Shown here one piece after another: positions 1 to 7,006 of a stretch of 64,000 nt of DNA. Positions within the stretch are counted from its first letter, which is position 1. Each line of letters starts with the position of its first letter. Source of the DNA: an uncultured Bacilli bacterium (GTDB lineage Bacteria > Bacillota_I > Bacilli_A > RFN20 > CAG-288); assembly GCA_944332485.1 (NCBI GenBank), contig CALVKB010000002.1, positions 11,044 through 75,043 on the forward strand. Direction: 5' to 3'. Both the position numbers and the translations under genes were made by a program. Below the pieces are notes generated by a model. It saw only the letters and a list, made by a program, of their open reading frames with translations, was not told the origin of the DNA and made no database searches.

Positions 1-188
1 CTTTAAATAAAGGTGAGAATTATTCACTTGAAATTTACATCGACAATAGTGCAATAGAGATATTTTTAAACAATTACAAGGACTCAATATCCTTATTGAG
101 TTTTTCAAAAGGTGACGGCTTTGAAATAATACCAAAACAAGATATCGATTTATCAATTCAAATTGCAGATTTCGATTCAGCAAAATAA
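1..188 (+). CDS. 3' end (partial) of an upstream gene; C-terminal beta-sandwich resembling GH32 sucrose-6-phosphate hydrolase / beta-fructofuranosidase
   Basis: Frame 3 is open from the window edge to TAA at 186-188. The translation ...NKGENYSLEIYIDNSAIEIFLNNYKDSISLLSF... resembles the GH32 C-terminal LxxFVDRSSVEVFxNDG motif. Confidence 0.4.
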   Translation, partial: LNKGENYSLEIYIDNSAIEIFLNNYKDSISLLSFSKGDGFEIIPKQDIDLSIQIADFDSAK

Positions 189-330
189 ATTGTCAATTTA
201 TTCTTACACGCTTTAATAAAGTAAAATTTATATTAGAACAACCACACTTTATTCAAATTTCATACCATGAAAAAGAATAAATTTTCTCTTGCAAAAATCT
301 ATTAATATTGATAACATTAATTAAGTGTCT

Positions 331-406
331 GGTCCGTTAGCTCAGTTGGTAGAGCAACTGACTCTTAATCAGTGGGTCAAAGGTTCGAGCCCTTTACGGA
401 CCACCA
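331..406 (+). tRNA. tRNA-Lys (anticodon CTT)
   Basis: Cloverleaf read by eye: acceptor GGTCCGT/ACGGACC, D-arm GCTC-AGTTGGTA-GAGC, anticodon stem ACTGA/TCAGT with loop CTCTTAA (U33, CTT at 34-36, A37), T-arm AAAGG-TTCGAGC-CCTTT, encoded CCA. Confidence 0.85.
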
Positions 407-645
407 TTAGAGTTAAGTATAGTCGATACGAAAGTATTGGCTGTTTTTTTCATTTCTAGGGATAAATACTGCAAATATTAATGATTTTATTGGTATTTTG
501 GCCCTAGAAATAGAAAAAGTAGAAGATATATCTATAGTAACAATAATATATATATAAAATCAAATCGTTATTATTATTAATTGTTAAACTACTACTTACT
601 ATATATAGGCATATATAAGAATATGTATTTTTTCAAGTATACCCC

Positions 646-671
646 CACGTGATACGTGACAAACGTGACAC
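646..671 (+). promoter_or_regulatory. Direct repeats of ACGTGA(C/T) (CACGTGATACGTGACAAACGTGACAC); a fourth ACGTG overlaps the -35 at 752-756. Candidate operator for the adjacent XRE repressor.
   Basis: Three tandem ACGTGA(T/C)A units plus a palindromic CACGTG, 170 bp upstream of the xre gene. Confidence 0.35.
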
Positions 672-755
672 TTTTTTATGACCATTTCTTTTTTATAAAA
701 TAAAGGATTAAAATATATTTAATTCAACCTATAGGTTGATTTTTTATCAAACGTG

Positions 756-784
756 TTGACAATTTGACGAGTGGGGTGTATACT
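756..784 (+). promoter_or_regulatory. Near-consensus sigma70-type promoter (TTGACA-17 nt-TATACT) driving the xre-immA operon
   Basis: TTGACA at 756-761, a 17-nt spacer and TATACT at 779-784; RBS AAAGGAG 8 nt before the ATG at 841. Confidence 0.6.
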
Positions 785-840
785 GTGCTTGTAATCTAAG
801 AAATGACGTCAAAAATAATGATTACAAAAGGAGCGAAAAT

Positions 841-1200
841 ATGGGATACACAAAATTCGGAAAAATAGTTAGAAAAGAAATGATTGACCATGATGAAAAC
901 TTATTATCAATTGCTCAATTATTAGGCGTTACTACGTCTTTTGTTTCTGCTGTTTTAACAGGTGGTAAAAGTGTACCAGATAATTGGGTAGATGAATTAT
1001 CTAAACATTATGGTCTAAAAGGCTCTAAATATGATGAGCTTTACGATGCATATTGTGAAAATAAGAAGAATATTAGAATTGATGTTGAAAATGTTCCGTT
1101 AACTCAAAAGAAGTTGGCATTACAATTTCAAAGAAAGCTTCCTGAATTAGATGAAGATGAGATTCAATCTATCTTCGATATTTTAAAGGAGGATAAGTAA
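841..1200 (+). CDS. XRE-family helix-turn-helix transcriptional regulator (ImmR-like repressor)
   Basis: N-terminal HTH (LLSIAQLLGVTTSFVSAVLTGGK). The stop overlaps the start of the ImmA-like gene (ATG at 1200). Confidence 0.7.
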   Translation: MGYTKFGKIVRKEMIDHDENLLSIAQLLGVTTSFVSAVLTGGKSVPDNWVDELSKHYGLKGSKYDELYDAYCENKKNIRIDVENVPLTQKKLALQFQRKLPELDEDEIQSIFDILKEDK

Positions 1201-1769
1201 TGGATTATGAATCAAGATTATCTTTGAGCAGAATACAGGTAAGAGAAATATCTAAATTTGCTAGAAGGATGTTAAAAACTAAAACTGTTAAATTTCCAGT
1301 TTTAAAGGCGCTTGAAAAGTTAATAGATAAATTCCCTAATAATCTTTATTATCGTATTTTGCCCGATGATGAATTTGAGACAAATGTAATGGCAGAATTA
1401 GTTCCAGAAGGCAACGATGTTTACTGCATTAAAATACGTGAAACAGTATATGAAAAAGCAGTAAATGGTGATAGAGCTAGTCTGGGATTTATTTGCCATG
1501 AAATGTGTCATTTTATCTTGATTCATATATTTGATGCTGGCCCAGTAATGTATGTGAATGAAAGCGGGTTAGCTTATGCAAGAAGTTTTAAAGATAAAGA
1601 ATTGCCACGATATAAAAGTATGGAATGGCAAGCTATGGCACTTTGTGGGGAGATAATGATCCCTTACGAAAAATGCAAAGATTATTCATTTAAACAAATT
1701 GTCAGTAGAACTTATAGTTCTGATGAACAAACTAAATATTTCTTAAGATGGGTAGTTAAACCAGAATAG
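1200..1769 (+). CDS. ImmA/IrrE-family zinc metallopeptidase (COG2856-like anti-repressor)
   Basis: HEXXH motif in GFICHEMCHFILIH; gene order XRE-ImmA is typical of phage/ICE immunity modules. Confidence 0.7.
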   Translation: MDYESRLSLSRIQVREISKFARRMLKTKTVKFPVLKALEKLIDKFPNNLYYRILPDDEFETNVMAELVPEGNDVYCIKIRETVYEKAVNGDRASLGFICHEMCHFILIHIFDAGPVMYVNESGLAYARSFKDKELPRYKSMEWQAMALCGEIMIPYEKCKDYSFKQIVSRTYSSDEQTKYFLRWVVKPE

Positions 1770-1968
1770 TATTTATAGTAATTAAATATCTTAATTGAAA
1801 TAAAAAAGACTCAAATCATTGCAGTGATTTGAGCCGTTTAGACAGCATGCTATGATGCCATCTTCAGAAAATACATTATAGCACAACTGTCTTAAAAATA
1901 TCAACTCCTTTGCGAGATTTCCTCGTCAGAAAGGCAAGAAAAATTTTTAAATACAGGAGTTTACTATT

Positions 1969-2655
1969 ATGTACAAAAATGAAAATGATGTAGTTGAAGA
2001 TTCGTTCCAAGCGTTCTTGGTGGAAGGAGCGAACTTCACTGAAATTGAGGAATATCCGATAATTGAAGATTGGATGATTCCAGAAGTTCCGCCAAAAAAG
2101 ATTATGCCTTTTGATAAAGCATTAAATTATCAAGGCGATTTAAGTGATGTATATGTCTGCACATATGCTAGGGATTGTACTTTTGAAAGAGTAAGAAGAT
2201 ACCCAAAGAAATATTTGAACTTTTTCAAAAGATGTGCTGGGCTAATAGGATTTGATTATAGCATACATTCGGATATGCCGATAGTCAAACAAAAGGCCCA
2301 AATGAACGATAATTTATCATTATCATTTTATTATGGAAAACAAGGTAATAATCTTATTCCAAATATAAGATATGGTATTGATGAATTAGCTGATGAATTC
2401 TTAAGTGCTATTCCTAAGCATACATTGATTGCAGTAGGCACACACGGATTCATTAAAGAGACATACAAAAAAGCTGAATGGTATTGTTTCTTAGAAAAAA
2501 TTATAAGTGCATTAGAACCATCAGGTATCATTGCTTATGGTAAACTTAGTGGAAATATCTTTAAAGATTTTGAAGAAAAGTGTAAGTTTTATTATTATGA
2601 ACCATGGATCTACTCTAATCGTAAGAAAAAAGGAGGAGATTCAGATGGCAACTAA
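1969..2655 (+). CDS. hypothetical protein (228 aa), first gene of a translationally coupled trio
   Basis: Intact ORF with RBS AGGAG. No motif recognised with confidence (possibly DUF4417-like). Its stop overlaps the next start by 11 nt. Confidence 0.5.
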   Translation: MYKNENDVVEDSFQAFLVEGANFTEIEEYPIIEDWMIPEVPPKKIMPFDKALNYQGDLSDVYVCTYARDCTFERVRRYPKKYLNFFKRCAGLIGFDYSIHSDMPIVKQKAQMNDNLSLSFYYGKQGNNLIPNIRYGIDELADEFLSAIPKHTLIAVGTHGFIKETYKKAEWYCFLEKIISALEPSGIIAYGKLSGNIFKDFEEKCKFYYYEPWIYSNRKKKGGDSDGN

Positions 2656-3025
2656 AGGTGCAAGTTATAGATATGGAAACACTAAGGGTTCAAATCATCA
2701 AGGAAAAGCAACTGAACATATTAACTATGCTTGGGCTAAAGCTTTTAATAAAGGCGGATTAGATAGACATTTTAGAGATCATGGCAAAGAATTTGATTGT
2801 AAGACTAAAGAAGAATTTGAAGCTAAAGCTTTGAAATTTGCTAATACAGTTGATCGAGAAAATTGTAAAAGTGTTATTGATAAAAATGGCACAACGTATA
2901 AATATAATCCTAAGACCAATGTGTTGGTAGAAGTTACAAAAGATGGCTATATAGTGTCATATAGGCATTATGGTAAGAGCATATGGTATATTTCTAAGAA
3001 AGGAGAAAAGAAATGGATAAAATAA
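2645..3025 (+). CDS. small basic His-rich hypothetical protein (126 aa; start revised to the ATG after AAAGGAGGA)
   Basis: Strong RBS aaaggaggagattcagATG at 2645. Motif GGLDRHFRDHGKEF...YKYNPKTNVLVEVTKDGYIVSYRHYG resembles small standalone nuclease/toxin-like domains (unverified). Confidence 0.5.
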   Translation: MATKGASYRYGNTKGSNHQGKATEHINYAWAKAFNKGGLDRHFRDHGKEFDCKTKEEFEAKALKFANTVDRENCKSVIDKNGTTYKYNPKTNVLVEVTKDGYIVSYRHYGKSIWYISKKGEKKWIK

Positions 3026-3516
3026 ATAAAAAATTTAAACCAATGATGTGTCCTGTCTGCGATGGCATGTATTTTTCAAGGCCAAATAAAAATTCATTCG
3101 ATGAAGATTTAGAAGAATATTTAAATGGTGAAGTACAATGTAGGCATTGCGGATGGATTTATGATTTGCATCAAGCTGAAAATCCTGATTCTAAAGAAGG
3201 ATTCAATGAAATGTCAGTTAATGAATATAAGGAATGGTTTGATAACAAAATTAAAGAAAACCCAAACTATGATTATTTTGAAGAACATATGCCTGAACCA
3301 ACGCCGCATAAATGTCCTGTTTGTGGAGAATTTGAATTTGCTGATGAATTATCATCTGATATATGCCCAGTTTGTGGTTGGGAAGATACTGGGTTTGAAG
3401 ATATGCCTGATGAAAAGCCTAGTGAATATATGATGTCATTTAATGAAAGATTTTCTTGGTTTAAAGAAAAAAGAAAAAATAATCCTAAATATAGATGGGA
3501 CAAGGATGATGATTAA
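3013..3516 (+). CDS. cysteine-rich protein with tandem CPCC-type zinc-ribbon motifs
   Basis: Motifs CPVCDG...CRHCGWIYDL and CPVCGEF...CPVCGWEDTGFEDMP match the CPCC-family pattern (C-P-x-C ... C-x-x-C-x-W-E-D). The start overlaps the upstream stop. Confidence 0.55.
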   Translation: MDKINKKFKPMMCPVCDGMYFSRPNKNSFDEDLEEYLNGEVQCRHCGWIYDLHQAENPDSKEGFNEMSVNEYKEWFDNKIKENPNYDYFEEHMPEPTPHKCPVCGEFEFADELSSDICPVCGWEDTGFEDMPDEKPSEYMMSFNERFSWFKEKRKNNPKYRWDKDDD

Positions 3517-3791
3517 AAAAATGACTCACTGCAAATAGATTAATTTCTAAATGTGGTGAGTCTTTTTAATTGTATTATAAAATTTGATAACACTAGTCAA
3601 GTATAAAATTAAGTAAAATTGTTTGAATTTTTTCCATAACAAAAGATTATCTAATTTACTAGACGCTTTAATTTTTCATTAATAAATCTTTCAATTAAAA
3701 CAACAAGTTTAGTCAATCTACTTTCAAAATATAAGAAAATTTAGATGCTAAAGCGTAATAATAACTATCAATTAAAAAGCAAAGTGATAAT

Positions 3792-3985
3792 ATGAAATGG
3801 GATTACAAAGCTGTAAATATAGTTTATGGTTTAAAACTGGCAGTAGTATAGAAACACTTTTTCAAGAAACTCTGGAACAATATGCTAGAAATGGATGGGA
3901 GTTAGTCACATTCCAATTCTATGATGCTAAATTTATGTTAGTTTTAAAAAAATTAATTTTGGTTTTTTTTAGCAAGTTTAATTGA
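3792..3985 (+). pseudogene. DUF4177-family gene disrupted by a frameshift
   Basis: ATG at 3792 encodes MKWDYKAVNIVYGLKLAVV then TAG. The +2 frame continues ...SIETLFQETLEQYARNGWELVTFQ...FMLVLKK, matching the DUF4177 pattern (MKWEYK...GWELVsv...FKR). Confidence 0.5.
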
Positions 3986-4045
3986 TTAGGTAGCATTTTT
4001 TTATACCGCACATTTCAAAAAATAAAATATAAGTGTGAAAAGAAA

Positions 4046-4520
4046 ATGAAAAAGTATGAAGATTCCTTTTGAAACAAAATCGAAGATTTGCATAACAACC
4101 AGGGAATTAGTATTACAAAATTATCAAAAGATTATCATTTTGATAAACAAACCTATTAAAATTGGTGTGTTAAAAAAAATACGCAAAATAAAGATGAATA
4201 AGATGAAATAATTTTCGATAATCTTGATGATGCTATGAAAGAAATTCTCAAATTAAGACAAACAATTAAAATTGAAAGAGAGAAGGTAAGAGTTTTAAAA
4301 AAAGTAAAGGCAATTGTTCAAGAAGATACAGACTTGCAACATTAAAAGAAATCATTAGCGACAGTTTTCTTTCAATTAGAAGTCTTTATTCCATATTTGA
4401 ATACAATAGAAGAACTTTTTACAATAATTTTGAAAAGAAAAAGAAGTATCTGAAACAAGAAAAACTATCAAAGACTTAACAATTGCCGAATTAGAAGCAA
4501 GTCACAACAAATTTAATAAT
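4046..4520 (+). mobile_element. IS3-family transposase remnant (OrfA region and start of OrfB), with multiple stops and frameshifts
   Basis: Frames give KIEDLHNNQGISITKLSKDYHFDKQTY*NWCVKK (IS3 OrfA HTH, in-frame stop) and leucine-zipper-like ...LKLRQTIKIEREKVRVLKKVKAI..., then YSIFEYNRRTFYNNF (OrfB N-terminus). No DDE domain follows, because the ATPase gene starts at 4523. Confidence 0.6.
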
Positions 4521-4522
4521 GT

Positions 4523-7006
4523 CTAAGTTAAACGTGGTTCTTCAAATTCAAATTTTTTTAAAATTATCTTCCTATATACGTAACTTTTATATTTAAGCAA
4601 AAATCTAAACAAAAACAACAATGAGACTACTAAAACAGGCACTGAAATTAAATAGATTAATATACTCATCCACATGTTGAAATTCAATGTGGTTACATCA
4701 ATTCCAGAGATTTCATATGTCTTATCTTTAAGCACAACAGGTCCGACAAAAACATATATAAAAGCAATTATGATAACTCCAAGAATTATCATCAAAGACC
4801 ATTTGTTAAATGGATAGGAAATTATAAACAACAATGTCCAATTAACAAACAACATACCTATGACAATCGAAGTATTAAGCCCACATGTAAGAACATCGTT
4901 TGCGTTTCCTATAACTGCAATTCCACTGAAGAAATTTGAATAATTCATCAGTAATCCCGCAACAACAACAAAGCACATTCCTATACACCCAGGGAAACTT
5001 TCAAATATCATCTTTTTATAAAAGTCCTTTTTAATCAAAGCATCGTTTGGTCTTAATGCTAGCAAAACACCAGGAACACCTATTCCACATACACTTATCA
5101 AATAAAGGTTGTTCGTTGTAAACATGGATGTGACATTCATCGTCAATCCAAGTATGTTGGTTAAAAATGTTATAAATATACTGAAGAAAGTTCTACTGAG
5201 AAACAAAGATGAACTAGCTTGAATATTATTGATGACTTGTCTTCCTTGTTTAACAACAAATGGCAGTCTGTTAAAATCGTTATCAAGCAAAGTGATGTCA
5301 GCTAAACTCTTTGCAGCTTGACTACCTTCTCCCATAGCAATTGCACAATCAGATTTTTTCAAAGCTAACAAATCGTTGACTCCATCACCTGTCATTCCAA
5401 CATAACTTCCATGCTTTTTCAATTCATCAACAATAACTTCTTTCTGTTCAGGTGAAACTCTGGCAAAAATAGAATATTTTAAAGCTAGTCTTCTTGTTTC
5501 CTCTAAATCGACATTTTGTAAACTAATGCCGTTTTTATATTCCATAAATCCGACTCTTTTAGCTATCTGTTGCACAGTTTGCAAATTATCTCCAGAGATA
5601 ATTTTCAAGTTCACTTCATTTTTATAAAACCATTCTAGAGTATTTTTAACATTCTTTCTCAACTCTTCCAAAATAACGATTACACTTATTAATTTTGTTT
5701 TATCATTATCTTTTTCAACAAAAAATAAAACTCGTTTGCCGCCATCTCTATACTTTGCTAATAAATTGGTAATTTCTTTATTATTTTTAAAATCAAATAC
5801 ATACTCAGGAGCACCTAATATGTATTCAACATTTTCAATCTTCATTTTGCTACATTTTGAAACTGAATCAAATTCACAAACTTCACTAACATTTAGATGT
5901 TCATATTCCTTATTAAAATAAATTTGTAAACTTTGCATCGTTAAATTAGCATCAGCAAAATTATGAACAAAATTATTCATGATATTTTCATAATTTCGAT
6001 CTTTTGACAAATATAAAATATTCTCAACTGTCAATTTATTGGTGGTTAACGTTCCTGTTTTATCCAAACAAAGACAGTCGACTCTCGCTAAGTTCTCTAT
6101 GCTGTAAAGATTATTCACCAAAGTTTTCTTTCTTGCTAAACTGATAACACCTTTTGCCAAAGCCACACTTGTGAGTAAAAACAACCCACTTGGAATCATT
6201 CCAACAACACCACCTGCTGTTTTACTAATGGCATAGGATAAAGGATTATCAAAAGCTAAAATAGGAGTATTGAAATCACCCTGTGGATGCAAAAAATAAT
6301 TATTATAAAAAGCCCAAATAGCTAAAGGTATCAAAATAATCGTTATTATTTTTATCAACTTATTCAATGTTTTGAAAATAGAGGAATTGATGGATTTATG
6401 TTTTTTTGTTTTGTTTTGTAAATTTGATATATATGTTCCATCACCAACTTTTGTTGTTAACATATATCCACTTCCTTTGATAACATATGACCCTGATAAC
6501 AAAAGATCTTCTTTTTTCTTATGCACATCATTGGCTTCACCAGTTAACATGCTCTCATCAACGAACACTTCACCTTGAAGCAAAACACCATCAACAACAA
6601 TCTGTTGCCCGCTTTTAATAAATAATACATCGTTCAAAACAACATCTTCTTTATCAATAGATGTTTTCTTATCATTTCTTACAACTTCAATTTTAGAATC
6701 CGAAACTAATTTCAATTTTTCAATCTGCTTTTTAGCTCTTATCTCTTGAATAATTGCAATCAAAGTATTCAAAACAACAATGACAAAAAAGAATGTCTGA
6801 AAATACCTTTGGCAGATGATCAAAACAATGAAAATTGCAAAAAGTAAAATGTTGAAAAATGTAAAGACATTTCTAAAAACAATATTCAAATAATCGTGTT
6901 GTTTTTTTAATTTAGTTTTATTTGTATTGCCACTTGCAATTTGTTTATAAACTTCTTCATCAGTCAAAGATTGAACTTTATTGCTTTTATAAGTGAACTG
7001 CATCAT
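4523..7006 (-). CDS. cation-transporting P-type ATPase (P2-type, PacL-like), paralog 2
   Basis: CLCLDKTGTLT phosphorylation site, TGDGVNDLLALK hinge, multiple TM helices. The actuator motif reads TGEA instead of TGES. Confidence 0.9.
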   Translation of the reverse strand: MMQFTYKSNKVQSLTDEEVYKQIASGNTNKTKLKKQHDYLNIVFRNVFTFFNILLFAIFIVLIICQRYFQTFFFVIVVLNTLIAIIQEIRAKKQIEKLKLVSDSKIEVVRNDKKTSIDKEDVVLNDVLFIKSGQQIVVDGVLLQGEVFVDESMLTGEANDVHKKKEDLLLSGSYVIKGSGYMLTTKVGDGTYISNLQNKTKKHKSINSSIFKTLNKLIKIITIILIPLAIWAFYNNYFLHPQGDFNTPILAFDNPLSYAISKTAGGVVGMIPSGLFLLTSVALAKGVISLARKKTLVNNLYSIENLARVDCLCLDKTGTLTTNKLTVENILYLSKDRNYENIMNNFVHNFADANLTMQSLQIYFNKEYEHLNVSEVCEFDSVSKCSKMKIENVEYILGAPEYVFDFKNNKEITNLLAKYRDGGKRVLFFVEKDNDKTKLISVIVILEELRKNVKNTLEWFYKNEVNLKIISGDNLQTVQQIAKRVGFMEYKNGISLQNVDLEETRRLALKYSIFARVSPEQKEVIVDELKKHGSYVGMTGDGVNDLLALKKSDCAIAMGEGSQAAKSLADITLLDNDFNRLPFVVKQGRQVINNIQASSSLFLSRTFFSIFITFLTNILGLTMNVTSMFTTNNLYLISVCGIGVPGVLLALRPNDALIKKDFYKKMIFESFPGCIGMCFVVVAGLLMNYSNFFSGIAVIGNANDVLTCGLNTSIVIGMLFVNWTLLFIISYPFNKWSLMIILGVIIIAFIYVFVGPVVLKDKTYEISGIDVTTLNFNMWMSILIYLISVPVLVVSLLFLFRFLLKYKSYVYRKIILKKFEFEEPRLT

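Noticed and set aside
1802-1842. Hairpin GCTCAAATCA...TGATTTGAGC after immA as an intrinsic terminator
   Set aside because: The stem is good, but on the + strand it is followed by CCGTTTAGAC rather than a T-run. The T-run is only on the minus side, where no gene ends. It was left uncalled.
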